64,000 nucleotides of DNA from Amphiscolops sp. MND2022 (lineage: Eukaryota). The translations under genes and the position numbers were made by a program. Below, piece after piece: positions 1 to 13,705 of the stretch (position 1 is the stretch's first letter; every line of letters starts with the position of its first letter). The notes beneath the pieces are model-generated. The model saw only the letters and a program-made list of their open reading frames with translations, searched no databases and had not been told where the DNA came from. The stretch lies in NCBI GenBank assembly GCA_964187785.1, contig OZ076409.1:19594001-19658000 (forward strand), given 5' to 3'.

Positions 1-1276
1 TATTACAGTCACTCGTTTTTTTAAGACAGACTCGAAGCGACGAACGTTAACGTTCAACTGAAGGAAACTAAATACCAGGGAAACGCATCTAAATTATTCC
101 AAAGGGTCCTCCCTTTGGTTTTTAGGAGTCGGAAAAAATTTTCGACTACTTATGCAATCGTGCTGTTTTTTTTTGTTTTTTTTTCTCCCGACCTTTTCAT
201 GAAAATTTCAAATTTCTCAAAAACTGTCTATACGATTTTCACGAAATTTTGCACAGTCATTCTACACCCAAAGGGGCCCCTGCGTGTGCAAAGGCATCAA
301 AATCGTATGGCCTGGATGTGAGAAACATGGCCAAAATTAGCCCAAAAGTGGCAAAAAAACAGCCATTTTTCGACTTTTTTCGATTTTCTCAAAAACTGTC
401 TATACGATTCGAACGAAATTTTCTACAGTTATTTTACACCATATTAGAGTCCTATATGTGCAATGGCATCAAAATCGTATGGCTGGGATGATGTGAGAAA
501 CATAGCCAAAATTAGCCCAAAAATGGCCAAAAAACAGCCATTTTTCGACTTTTTCGATTTTCTCAAAAACTGTCCATACGATTCGAATGAAATTTTCTAC
601 AGTTATTCTACACCATATTAGAGTCCTATATGTGCAGTGGCATCAAAATCATATGGCTGGGATGTGAGAAACATAGCCAAAATTAGCCCAAAAATGGCCA
701 AAAAACAGTCATTTTTCGATTTTTTTCGATTTTCTCAAAAACTGTCCATACGATTCGAACGAAATTTTCTACAGTCATTCTACACCATATTATGGTCCTT
801 TATGTGCAATTTCATTAAATTCGTATGGCTGAGATGTGAGAAACATAGCCAAATTTAGCCCAAAATTGGCCAAAAAAACAGTCATTTTTCGATTTTTTCA
901 CAAACTTCATACGATTCGAACGAAAGCGAGTCAGAAGGAAAAAGACTTAAGCCGACTCCTTTACCGCATATGCGGCTCTGGTTTACTTTTAAAACGTAAC
1001 CTACAAAACCGGACGGGACTAAAGGGCCCCCCTTTTCGATTTTTTTTTCGGCACTGCGACTTTTTTTCGAAATTTTTTTGTCTCCAAAGGGTTCCCCTTT
1101 GGTTTTTTACTTTTTAAACGTAGCCTACAAAACCGGATGAGTGTAAAGGGTTCCCTTTCGGTTTTTTTTCGGCACTGCGTGACTTTTTCTCTCTATTTTT
1201 TTGTCTCCAAAGGGTCCTTCTTCGAGTTTATTTGAGCCTTAGATATAGCGCCGACTTGAGACGTTCCCGTCTTGTT
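1..1276 (+). mobile_element. Helentron/DINE-1-like non-autonomous element (HINE); 5' end lies just before the window
   Basis: 3' end reads gagccttagatatagcgccgact, then a short stem-loop agacg-ttcc-cgtct, then tgttt (1234-1276). The window starts with tattacagt, which follows the 5' terminus in other copies. Contains central tandem repeats. Confidence 0.6.
200..925. repeat. ~173-bp tandem repeat, about 4 copies
   Basis: tttctcaaaaactgtc recurs at ~213, 385, 559 and 731, with the rest of the unit conserved. Confidence 0.9.
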
Positions 1277-1931
1277 TCTTTTCCAACAGTTTTTGCTTGA
1301 AACCACTAGACTAGATTATGCTGGAGAGAACATGTCACTTGTTCTAACTGTTTCCTGTGGATGTCAATGTGGTGACTGAGACTGTGAAGATTTACCCTGG
1401 TTCAAATCACGCGCTGGACTAGAATTTTCATACGAGTCGGTTTTTTGGCACTCTCGAAAGTTTTTCCGTTTCACCAGAGATCCACGTTTTGGTGTCTATT
1501 CCAAGTTATCAGTAATGGAATTGCGTTTTCCATGTTTGAAATGCCCCCTCTTTGGATAATTTTGGCAGCGTGCGAGGTCATCAAAAGGTCTTCTTCAAAA
1601 GGTCTTCCCCTCTATTTTTTGAAAATGATTTTAGCATTGTTTTTTTTTGGTATTTAACAGTTTTCCTAGTTTAGTCAGTTCCCGTGACAATTTGCATCTA
1701 ACAGGTTTCAAACTTTCGTTTATTTTCTCATAATTCCTATGGAATTAGTGTTTTCTGATGTCAATGAAAAATGCACTTTAACCAGATTGATGTTTTACCC
1801 GAAGTTGTTTTTTGATACAATATAATCAATAGTCTAAAGTATTGAACAGTGTGGGCCAATGTCGAACTTCTGTATCTTCAAGCTGATGAACAATAATAAC
1901 GGTTTCTGATACAGCAGGAACAATGATATGA

Positions 1932-3143
1932 ACAAGCCGGGAACGGCCCAAGTTGGCGCCATTTCTAATGCTCAAAAATAGCGAAAGAACTTCAAAGTCT
2001 CAAGTTTGTTTGTCTGTTGCAAAATCAAAAAATTGAATGGACCCTTTGAAGACATCAAAAAACTATCGAAAAAAGTCTCACAAAGCCGACAAAAACGAAG
2101 GGGAACCCTTTGGGATTTTTAAACATCCATTCTGTTGAAAAATATCAAAAAAATAGAAGGGGACCCTTTGCAGACATCAAAAAACTATCGAAAAAAGTCT
2201 CACAAAGCCGAAACAAGGCACAAAAGTGTATCCGGGGGACGTGGTTTTAGTATCACTTAGTAATAAATATTTCTCCACAATCCAAACAAGTCTTTTAGTA
2301 CTGAAAACTCGACCCTAAAGCTTTACACTGGACGCAAATTCTGTGAATTTTTTGGGTAAAAATTGATCTTATACGAGAAATGAAAGCAATATATCCGAAC
2401 TTTGAAAACGTTAGATTCGAACTTTGAAAGGTTTTATCCGAATTGATGTACGCGTTAGATGCTATGTATGGTCTAAGGAAGTGTTCTGCAAGTTGAACAA
2501 AATTGATAGAAATTGATGAAATCTGTCACTTCGTCGGTTTGAAAAAAAAACGTTATATCCGGTATACGCTATATCTGGAATTCGTTATACACGCTTTGCG
2601 TTGAATCCGGTATGGGTTGTGCCTATATTTACGGTAAACGTTGTATCGCGTATTCGTTATATCCGTTTTGCGTTAAATCCGGTATGGGTTGTTATATCCG
2701 GTATACGTTATATCGGGTTTTTGTTATATCCGGTTTGCGCCAAAATATCTAAAGGGGATCCTTTTGTAACACTGAAAAGTTCTCCAAGGAACGTTATATC
2801 CGATATACGTTATATCCGGTATACGTTATATCCGATTTGCGCCAAAAAATCCAAAGGGGGAGCTTTTTGTATTACAGAAAACTTCACAAAGATACGTTAT
2901 ATCCGGTATACGGCATGTACGGATATTCTTTATTTCCGAATGCGTTAAATCCGGTATGGGTTGTGTTATTGTGACAGGGGACTACCTTATTGTTCAAAGG
3001 TAGTATGTAGATTACCAAAGGGACATTGCCAGATTAAAAGAACTTTTGTAGAACTGCTTTGGACAGTTCAGGTGTATTGAAAAATCACTGATAAAAAGCC
3101 ATGACTATAGTCGACCCTTTTCTTAAGAGAAGCGCCGGCTAAA
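1932..3143 (-). mobile_element. HINE (Helentron-associated) element
   Basis: Left end acaagccgggaacggcccaagttggcgcc; right end ctatagtcgacccttttcttaagagaagcgccggctaaaa. Same termini as copies at 17.4-20.9 kb, 43.9 kb and 47.5 kb. Confidence 0.65.
2550..2960. repeat. cgttatatccgg-type minisatellite inside the HINE
   Basis: Many copies of cgttatatccg / atccggtat. Confidence 0.8.
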
Positions 3144-3249
3144 AACAGTGTCCGCTGAAGAGTGTGACTTGTATATCAGGAATGGAGGTTTATTTTAAGT
3201 TTGGGACAAAAAACGTTTCACACGCTTTTGTTTTTCCATAAAAGTTCTT

Positions 3250-4250
3250 TATGACTAACAGGATTTTCCCATTAGCTAGCTACATCCAGAGTAGAGTATG
3301 GTCAACACGATCGAACGCTTTCTCATAGTCAATGAAGGTGACAAACTGCCTTTGGCCTAAGTAGAATAAGACTATCGTATAAAGGACAAAAGCGTGATCA
3401 GTGCACCCCATTCTATTCCCTTAAACCTGCTTGCTCTATTCCTAATGCTCGTCTGCTTTCTAGGTCTTTTTGCATTCTCTCCGCTAGAAGAGGGGTAAAA
3501 CAATTTACATCGACAGTTTGCGAGATATTTTCCTATGTAGTTGTTCATGTCGTTTATATCAACTTTTTTAAAGATTGGGCAGTGCGCTGAAAGTGACCAA
3601 TCATCGGGCACCTCCCGTCTAGCAAGAATTGCATCGAAGAACTTCGTAATCACAACAACTAGCTTCTCACGCGCATACTTAAGAAACTCTGGGAAGATAT
3701 CATATTGACCAGCTGATTTTCCATTGTTTTTCAAATAGCAGTAAGTTTCATCAAAACTGAAACTTATTATTCGCATTCACTTTTGCAACATCATTATAAT
3801 GACTTTCGACTATATTAAGATTCGAGGCACTATTGAGCTCTTTGACATGTTGAAAGACAGTTGTGTTATCAATAGGTATGTTTACATCGCTTTTTAAAAC
3901 TTCTCAACCGAGACTAATAGCCCTTGGGATCATTAGATTTCTGTTAGTTTAGACTGTTAGTTTTTGCAGACATTCATTGAGGAAACTCCTACTCTCTTAG
4001 TCATCTCGCCTCAAAGCATTTTCCGATAAATCGATCGTGGTAGTTTACAGTCCCTATCAAACCACGAACTAGACTTTGCTCTAGTATGACCCGAAACATA
4101 TCGTACGGCACCATATTGCAGAGCTGATTTCTTCGTGACATTCACTCTTAAGAAGTTTGTTTCGTTCAGGGCTTCAAGCGTATTCAATTCAGTTTCTGGG
4201 AGTGTATCATTGTCCGTCATTTCATTGAAGTGTGGATCACATTGGGGCAA
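3250..4250 (-). pseudogene. Decayed non-LTR retrotransposon (LINE) ORF2, reverse transcriptase N-terminal part
   Basis: Motifs WFDRDC, GKSAGQYDIFPEFLK, PDDW..CPIFKK.D..DMNNY and FIDYEKAFDRVDH (~3300-3340) lie in shifted frames. Confidence 0.85.
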
Positions 4251-6276
4251 GATATTGAGTTTTAGAGTTTAGCGTTGAAAAAGAGCAGAGCGTTCGTTTC
4301 TTAATAATAGAGCAGAGAAATGTTAATAGTTCAACTCAACAATTGTTTACTGTTTCAAAGTTCGATTTGCTCAAAAAATTTTCAATATAATATTTTTGGG
4401 TAAAGCTTGATCTAAATCATCTGATATGTAGATTCATTATAGTGAAACAGTTTCACAGAGTTATCATTTGAGCAGTTTTTGGATTTTCAATATTGTTCTC
4501 TTTTGGAAGTGAAGCCGATTTGCTCAGATACATAGCGCAATATTCTCCAACCTCCGCTTCTTTCTTAGTGAAACGCAATTCACTTCGGATATAATGAGAA
4601 ACATTCCGATACAGGGTGCTGGACCAAATTGGCATTTCAAGATTTTTATTTCTGCGGTAGCAGCAATATTATTGAAATCCCAAGATGTCTACTTTTTTCA
4701 GTAAAATTCTTCGCATGATACTGAATATTTCAGATATTTTGTTCCGCAGTGACTATAAGCGTGAGAATTAAATTTCTCAAGCTCCCGACTACATTTCAAT
4801 TCTCGTGCAATGGAACGAGCGAGTGGTACTTATGCATTCGGACGCTGACGTCATTGAGATGAAGCGAATGAGTGTTAATTATTTGTTCGCTGAAAACTTC
4901 GCCTGCATTCAAATGCGAATGCGAAACTTCGTCTACGCTTAGTAGTTGTACATATTTTTTTTAGTCCGAGAAGAGTTAAAGGCGGTGTAAACTTGTACAG
5001 TGATTAATTGTGCGCTAAATATTTATTAAACAGGAGTGTATTGGTATTCCAGACATGATTCGAATATTGATGAAAGCTATCATTTGACAGTAGCTGACTG
5101 TTTTTGATTCAAGCGTAGTGCCGCCGCCTCGTTGTTGTTAAAAAAGTTCAATACGTCAATGGGGCTGTTTTTGTCCAAACCTTTTGATGGCCAGCAAATT
5201 TGTTGACTTTTGTTCATAGTTTGTCTAATCACAGAATAACGAACTTGATTAACCTAAGCATCGCCCCTTCGGTCCAATTGTGAGTTTTTTTGCCTTTTCA
5301 ACTTGTAATAATTCAAATGCTTACTCATGTCTCAAACTTGTGAGATGTTTTCACCAAGTTTAGTTCCATCAAATTGAATGGACAATGATTCGGCGTGTAC
5401 ACATCGAGTTTCTGGGCTTTTTGCTCCTATTAGAATCCTAGAAAGTCTTCAATTTTTGTACCTTCGTTAGAATTACTCAAGGGATTGCTTGCTTATGTTT
5501 GATAAGGCGTCAGACGGATGAATTTGAACTGATGTTGCATAAATTGCGGAAAATCGTACTGCCAAGGTTATCGTTCGAACAGACTTCGAGATCTAATACA
5601 CTAACCAAAAAGTTAGACACCCGATTTGGCTGAAAATAATTCAAAGCAGGCGCAATAGCTTTTAATTTAGTCAATTTACAAAAAAAATCTCACGGACAAA
5701 AGTCAAATTTTGATCAGAATTACATCGGTAGTTTTTGTTTCGAAGTCGAATCAAAATATTAGAAGTTATTCCACAGCATTTCGATGGGATTTGGATTTTT
5801 TAAAAACTTTTTTAAGCATTTTCCGAAACAAAACTATTAGGAACGAAAATCTCGAACGTTTTTTATAGCCTTGACACAGTTCTTCATTTTTTAAAATTTT
5901 ATAATTAACTTTTTCTGAAAATGCGTTCTGGGAAAATGAATTGCCGGAAACATTTGTAATTCCGCCGAGTAAAATTCAAGAAATTCGCATTCTGTGATCA
6001 ATTTTGGGTAAAAGAGAATGCGTTTTTAGAAAATACGAGTCAAACACTTGAGTGAAAGTTTGTAGCAGACACTCTTTGTTACGAACAGCGGTTCTCGAGA
6101 TTTTCTTTGATTCCTGAACAAAACAAATCCCCAAAAATCTGATCGAAATTTGGGAAAGTTTTGCTGGGATTTTTGTGACTATCGAAAAAGTAAAAAAGAT
6201 TATTGCGATTCGAAATTTTGTGTCAGAGAAATCGAGTGTCTCCAGCTCTTTGGTACTCTAGTGTAATTAATAGTTT

Positions 6277-6716
6277 GGATGCGGGACAAAACAGCCGATT
6301 TTCAAAACGAGACAAAAAAGTCGATTTTCAAAACGAGACAAAACAGCTGATTTTCAAAACGGGAGCAAACAGCTGATTTTCAAAACGGAACAAAATGAGT
6401 GCTGTTACAGACAATATGCATGGAACTTGATTTATTTGAAGAGGTTCATATTTGTTTTATGGCTCGGTTGCTTCGCTCCCTTCGCCAAGAAGCAACATTG
6501 AGACATGGCCATGTGGCACGTCGCTCCGCTTCGCTCCTGCATTTAGGGCACTAGGGGTATGTGAACTTATCTGACTACGTTACAATAATTTTATTGACTG
6601 CTAATCTTACGCATTGACAAAATCGGCGATATTATTTTTACCAATTGGCTGTTTTGTCCTATTTTGAAAATCGGGTGTTTTGTCCCGTTTAAAATTGGCT
6701 GTTTTGTCCCGCTCTC
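6277..6716. mobile_element. Foldback-type MITE with tandemly repeated arms
   Basis: TIR ggatgcgggacaaaacagcc / ggctgttttgtcccgctctc. Degenerate 8-bp TSD aatagttt / aataattc. Confidence 0.7.
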
Positions 6717-6851
6717 AATAATTCTTTTCCGTTAATACTAGTAATGACAATGGAATAACAAACATATGGAAGCCCTGGCCCAAACACAAAACTTGCTGTT
6801 GTAGTTGAATAATATCCACAGATACTCACCCACTTGTGCTAATTTGGTACC

Positions 6852-8802
6852 TGTGGAAATTTTAGTTTTTGGCGTCTGCAAGAATCCATTGCTTTTGCGC
6901 GAAGCCCAGACCACAGACAGAACTATGTTAATTACGTTTTTGGACCGTCGGAATAGTGAAAACAGCTGCACAGGCTCACAATAGCATGCTTCGATATGGC
7001 TTATTTGGCAAACTAGGTATTTACTTAGTAAACGAAAGTTCTTAGGCAAAATTACCGAGCTAGTGAGTGACGTCAGCGAATAAATTGTTCGGATTAGCTA
7101 AGTAAGAATCGACCGCTTCGAGCGAATTTTACTAAGTTTTTCTCCCGTACGAAACGGAGCCATGCTGGCAAATACACCACCCTTTTTTCTGAAGGACTTA
7201 TCCGATCGGGCTGAAATTTGGCATGCATTTACAAGAGGTGTTTACTCAACTTTCGACTCGGAGTACCCGACCTCGTACCTCCCACCAGGCTCGAGCTATT
7301 AGCACGGGAAGTGACCTAGGTCGACCCCCCTACGAACTCATCGGCGAAACACGGAATAAGTCATATAGTATTTGGAATTGATAGCCCACATGATATTAAG
7401 CCGTTTGTGTATATTTTCGGAACCCTATGACGCGTGTATGAGGAGCACAGACCCTAACTAAATAAACCCCGAACGCTATGTAAATAGCCACCAGTTGACC
7501 CGAAGATCACGAAACTTACCCAAGATGTTCACCTAGTAACCCTAATATACATGAAAGATACATTGATCGGCCCACCACGCGCGGAGTAAGGTTTGTGTAA
7601 GGCACGCGGGACCAGACGCGCGGGCCCGACCGATAAAAGACTTTTAACCTTGGCTTGTAATACGTCAAACGAACCGGAATGATCAATGTAGTCGATTACA
7701 AACAAGAATGAAGCCGTAATTGTAACCCATGCGGGGGTAACCGCCCTAAGTAAACAAACTATACGCATGTCATGTAACTCGAAGACCATTGACCCTAGGA
7801 CGATATAACTTGGCATGTAGCAACCTTAGATGACGACAAATTACTTCAAGGTCACCGATGGACCTCAAGGTCATTTTAGATGCAATCCCTGAACGTATAG
7901 AGAAACTTACGATAAAACTGATGTAAATCAGCATCCTTGGATGTAAATCAGAATCCTTGCGTGATAATTTATGCATTTCAGTCAGGTGAGAGAATTCGCA
8001 ATGCACCGCGCTTAGAATAATAGAAAAGTACCCCTCACACGTGCAGAGCATGTAAACCATGTAATTGAAGGTCATTAAACTTTTTCTTCGATATTAAAAA
8101 TATCCTGGTTGACTTGAATTATTATAGAAACGTGAACTTCGGACAAGATATGAGCTTTTTGTCGTTGGCGAAAAAGAATTTCTGCCGAAATATAACTAGG
8201 GCGCTGCCATGCCATAAAAGGAATGGAGCTACATGAAGTCAAAAGCATGCAAATAAAAGAGCGACATCGAAACAACAAAAATGCGGGCGATGAACAATTA
8301 TAATTGAGGCGGAAAAAGAACAGAAGCGAATAGACAGAACCGAGTTAGAAAGCTGGGATCAAGTTGAGTCTTGCGGAGACGAGATACTTGTTCGGAGTAA
8401 CACTTGCGCTTCTCAACTGAGTAAGAAAGCTAGAAGGAAGTTGAGTCTCGCGGAGACAAAAGACACTTCTAGAAGATTGCGTTGTCGTCAGTTCAGTAGA
8501 TTTACTGACAAGTCCGGGACTTGTGATAAACCTGTAGTTGGATGAATCGAAGAATTGATGTTTCTCTGATTGATGAATAGTAGTTAGACTGATTTGAATT
8601 ACCCAGTGTTATTTTTGCGACAAAGAAGTAATTGTATTATTCCATTACTCGAAGTTTTTGGGTAAGTTTTTATTCCAAATCGGGAGAGAAGTAGACAGTA
8701 ACTTCAAGAGAATTGGCTAACTCACTAAAACAACTTTTTTTTCTGCTAAGCTTCCAATTGGAGGTAAAACTCTCTCCAAGACCCGAATTGGATTTTGTTA
8801 CA
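6852..8802 (+). repeat. 5' LTR (1951 bp)
   Basis: tgtggaaat...ttaca; direct repeat of 13706-15626. Confidence 0.92.
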
Positions 8803-8803
8803 G

Positions 8804-8821
8804 TGGCGCTCCTGGGTGGGC
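8804..8821 (+). promoter_or_regulatory. Primer binding site, tRNA-Asn-like
   Basis: TGGCGCTCCTGGGTGGGC lies 1 nt after the LTR and resembles the complement of the 3' end of metazoan tRNA-Asn. Confidence 0.75.
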
Positions 8822-9004
8822 TACCCATTCTTTTTGATGTTACTGTGGAGGTTTGTAGACTCTGTTGAAGAGATCATTGGATTTTACAGAGTTACCTTCC
8901 TGAGAGATGGATACTGAGTAAAAAGGTCTTGGGAGAGACCAAGAGGACGTTGGAAAGTTCCCGAGTAGCAATTCCCCAGCTGGAGAGGTTGGCTGCTGAA
9001 GTTC

Positions 9005-9724
9005 TTGAGCACGGCTGAGCAGTTAAATTGGAACTACCAAACGTGTTGTCAGATGATGTCGGAATCTCTCAGGGGAGCTGTGTTTAATGCATTTTTGGAA
9101 GCCAAGCTCTCTGTTGAAGTGGAATTGGGTGACCCCAGTGTAATTGACGTTCTGAGCAGAACATCAGAAGTGATTGGCGTTTCTCAGATTGAAGTTATTG
9201 AAGAACGTTTCCTTCTTGAGCTTCGACAGGAGAAAGAAGAAAATATCGCAGACTATGCACGAAGGGTGGGCACATTCAAGACGCTTGCCCTGGAAACATT
9301 CAGTGATGAGCATTGGGCCTCCAACTGTTTGTTAGGCTTGAACGACGAGTGCCTCCGAGATGTTGTGAAGGATCATGCGAAAATTACTTTAATTGTTCGT
9401 GAGTTGGAACGCCAAGATTGTTTGGAACAGCAGCTTAATGGGTTTTGGGCCACAATGCATCGAGTTCGACGTCGTCACACTGAGCCACAGGCTCAAGAAG
9501 AAAGGATGCCAAGCGACAAAAAAAACTTTAGTGTTGCCCAAAGTAGCGGAAGTCTCCAGAAACTTACGATCTTGTCGAAGGAGAAGCAGACGAGAAGGGT
9601 TGCTGACGTGGACAGTTCCAATGCTGACCAATGTAAGAAGGAAGAAACGAAATCAGAAAGCATTGCGCACACAAACGCTGCACGCGTGACGAGGTCAACA
9701 TCAGCGTGGAAAGCGTCATACTAG
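9005..9724 (+). pseudogene. gag: gag-like ORF (capsid-like)
   Basis: LRQEKEENIADYARRV resembles the gag Q-x3-E-x4-Y-x2-R motif, and the ORF lies just after the PBS. Confidence 0.6.
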
Positions 9725-12700
9725 GGAGGTGGAGACAGCAATGACGATTGTGATGATCTCATTGGAGACCACGAAGGTACTGCGCAGAGGCAGCCTCGAC
9801 GAAGCGAATGGTGCAGCTATTCCAGTGATGAAGAGTGGTCTGATGAGAAGGACGAGATCTGGAGCGAGCTGAATAGTGACGTTGACAGTTATTGTCCGTA
9901 CCAACCACTGACCTTAGAAGAAGCTCTTAGACAGATCGAAGACGGGAAGAAAACGAGGCTCGCCGGTAAAAAGACGGATAATCCTACACTGCTTGAATCA
10001 AGATTTGGCGGGATGTCAGGCCCAGTATTTGGTGAGTGGATCAATGGAGGTACTGAAAGCTTGAGACCAGCCTGTCAAGTAGGCTCAAGAAATATCAGGG
10101 TTGCATCTGTGTGTTTTGAGAGTCGAATCCAGCTGACCGCTCAAAAGTCCCTAGTCATTGAAATGAACGAAATTATGACTGGAAGCGTCGCAGTTCTCTC
10201 TTTAAAGAAGCATTGTCTAGAGAAATGAAAGTAATGGCCGTCGACAGAGTGGAACCATACAGAGCCAAGATGACTCCAGAGAGGTGCTCCTCAATCATGA
10301 TGCCAATCCAAGAAACTTTGATGCGGAAGAATGAAGCTGCTGAGCCTTCATTAGTATTCAACGTGAGCACTGGAGAAGCAATTGTTCAACGTGTTTGGGT
10401 CGAGTAGGATATGGAGATGACCGTTCAGATGAATCACATCAATTGGCCAGAACGTGGCTTGATTGAAAGCGCAATAGTTCGACTGAATCGTGAGGCAGCA
10501 GCTGCAGATTTTGAACAATTGAGTGCTGAGAGAACTACGCTTTCCCGTGAAGGATGTTTTCTCATACTGGAAGTAACAACGGAGCTTTCGCAAAGAACTG
10601 ATGAAACGTGGGAAGTCGAAAGTGGGAATTGTCCCATCCAAGAAATTGAGTGTTTTCAAACCCACAGAAGAGCTAATGCGTGAAGCAAGGCAATCAGAAC
10701 GGGATGCATGTGCAAAAGACAGAAGCAAAAAGGCCGTCGCACGGCGTTCAGACCTTTGTTGTTGACGATGAACTGTAATGGGACCCGCGACACAGTGGGT
10801 CGAGTTGTAAGGGCAGCGTCGCAGTGTGTACCAGACCGCAACGCTGATATTCAACTTACAGAAGGAAGCGGTGCTAGATTCAAAAGGCAAGTTTGGACGT
10901 CACTTCTGTGGCTCATGACTGCCTTGTGGGTGCAGGTAAACGTTTTGTCTGACCGTGGAACGTCCTGGCCTTGGAACGTTTTACCCAGAAGTTCCAAGGA
11001 ATGGTATCATGCGCTTTGTCCTTCGTCTGTTAATTGGAAACGAGCTGTGTCACTTATGAGTGATGAAGACTGGATGCAGCACAGGCATTGTCTTTCCTCC
11101 CGAGGCTGCTGCGAAGCCACGAATTGGAGAGAGGGTGAGGCACCCTACACCTTCGAACAGAGTGATCAAAGTTAGATTCGACACAAAGGAAATCCTGGGG
11201 TTAAGCTGATGCTCTTGAATACTGAATGTCCAAACGCGAAAACGAGTGTTCTCATTGTCGATAAGAGAACGGCCACTCAGAAATGATTGAGAAGTTGGGC
11301 GAAGTCTCTCGAGACACTCAATGTGGACAAATTCTAGAAGGGCAGCCTCTCAGTTTGCCCTCACGAACGACATTCATAAAACTCTCGAGGATTTGTCCGA
11401 AGCATCCACGCCATGAGACAAAGACGACATCGGTGCGTGAGTTCCGAGAAACAAGATGTAAATCACTACAAGACCGAGCGAGAGAAAGTCAGCCTAATGC
11501 GTTGAACTCAACTGGTGACCATTGGCGTCCATCAAAGAGCCCCACGATGAGTGACGAGCACAGGACTGCGAGGAAAGTCTACGACAAAGGAAAAATGAAA
11601 CTCGACAGTGGCGACACAGGCCAAGTGATACGCAAGGCGATGTTAACTCCAGAAGGGAAGTGGTTCTGCTACCCGCGAGCCCTACGCGACTACCGGAAGA
11701 ATCTTGCTTTGAGACGTGTCCGGGACAGTGGACCTTGCGAGGCTGGTGCGGACCAAAAACGAATTGTGACTGTGTCAAGCACTGATTGTTGCAGCTGGAT
11801 CAGTCACAGGAAACACGGAAGGTGGAAACCGAAGGAACATGCAGCGCAAGACTTGTTCAAAAGATGAACTATCATTGGACGACAAACGTGTCCACAAGAT
11901 GCCTCCAAAAGACTGTAAGATGTCAAATGAACACTAGTGACGAAAGATTAGTCATTAATTACAAACCTCAACTTTTAATTTTTTTGCTGGAGTTAGTTTT
12001 TTTCTTGACTCAATCTGACCAATCTAGTTGAAATTCTGCATGGCATAGCATGTTTGGTTTGAAAAAAAAGATGTTACAGTTTTGAAGATATAAAATTTTT
12101 CTGTTTGCTGCCTAGAAACAAATGAAAAAAAACATGCAGAAGTTCGAGAATGTTCTTTGTCTATATTCTTTTCGAGGACCCGCCCATCCGATTGTTTTTG
12201 TTTATACATGTTAAAATTATGCTGTTAAAATAGGTTTATCCCAAACCGCCGACCGTAACCCTTTTTCTATTGTTGTGCCCATGAACAGACCCACACCCCT
12301 ATCTCGCAACCCCTACCCCAGTGCTACTCCCTTGTTGTTTTGCTTGGCGCGATAAATAACCCCAAACAATCCAAACTTATCCTCGAACACGTAAATTAGG
12401 ACCAGTAGGACTACTCCCTCGAGCAGTACCAAAAAAGAACGATGCAATAAAATATTTTAGTAGGGTAATAGGGATGGAGCAATGAATGATGAAATTAGGA
12501 AGAACGTAATAATATCAGTAACATTCTTATGATGAAAAGTCTGGCGGCGTCGTCTTTTTAAATACTCGTTGTAGCTCGCGTCGGGCCAGCCGCATCCGGT
12601 AGGTCTGGCCCTCGACCCTCTCCCCCGGAATAGCCAGGCTTAATAGAACAGAGTGAACTCCACCCAGCCCGGTGATAAATATTCCAATAAGAGCTGCTCC

Positions 12701-13693
12701 TCATTCTCTAGTTTAAATTGTATGTCATGCCCGCCGTCGATAGACATACACAGGGTGGTAAACAACCTGCGATAGTAGGCAGAGAGCCATGACAGTCTCA
12801 TATCGATGTTTTCCCGAGTCATGTCTTCAGGATTTTTTTGGCAGCGCCTCCCGTGAAACTAGTCACGTAGATATAGAATAGAAAAGGAGAAGTTTTATCA
12901 CGCTCAGGATTCGGATAGCGCTAGTTGACAACTTGGCCTAGTGATTATTTGATTCGCAAGCTTTGACGAAAACTCAAAACTAGATTGTTTAGCAAACAAA
13001 GTCGTTATTGGTAATAAGCGTAAACCTTGGAACTTTGCCAGGAGATCTTGGCAAAGCGGAAACAATTATTTGCTCAGTAAATAGCTCTCTAAATCAACTT
13101 TTGGATAACGAAGCCTGGATCATAAAGAATCATTATCCGTCATTAGATGCTCATTTTAGTCGATTGCATAGATGGCGTTTAGAAAACTCTGCTATGATTG
13201 GCCTCTAGCGGACCGTATCAGGCCTGTACGGTTAGAGTGGATTAGGTGTTGGTACGATGGGGAACCCATCCTTGCAACTATATACTGTCGAGACCATTAT
13301 CGACAAGAAGTCCTCACTATACCCCCGCGAACATTACTTCGGAATGTGTTGTATGTTTTTTTGGGACTGGGCGGCAACGCGAACCCATCGGTTAGTCCAA
13401 GAATACGAGAATGTCTTCAACGTAATTGAGTACATGAGCGACTTCTTTCGACTCCCCTGGTGCGTAAATGATTGGTGTTATATATGATATTTCAATTGCC
13501 CATTTTCTGTTTTTTTTTTATTCGTTGCTACACTAGTTCATGAATGATGTAGATCATATCAACCCTTGATGTCCTTTCTTTTATTCGGAACTCATTTTGA
13601 CCAATGCCCAACTCCCTATCATTAAGTTTATGTGTAACCTAGATCCCACGGTTCAGCCAACGACGTTAAGTTTATTCGGGAGAATAAAAGTCC

Positions 13694-13705
13694 AGAAGGG
13701 AAGAG
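13694..13705 (+). promoter_or_regulatory. Polypurine tract
   Basis: AGAAGGGAAGAG abuts the 3' LTR. Confidence 0.85.

Noticed and set aside
4300..5700. Endonuclease or ORF1 of the LINE relic
   Set aside because: Only a frameshifted GDFN-like trace near 4670; too weak to call.
7529..8278. ORFs duplicated at 14390-14909
   Set aside because: They are conserved only because they lie in the two LTRs; an indel changes the frame between copies.
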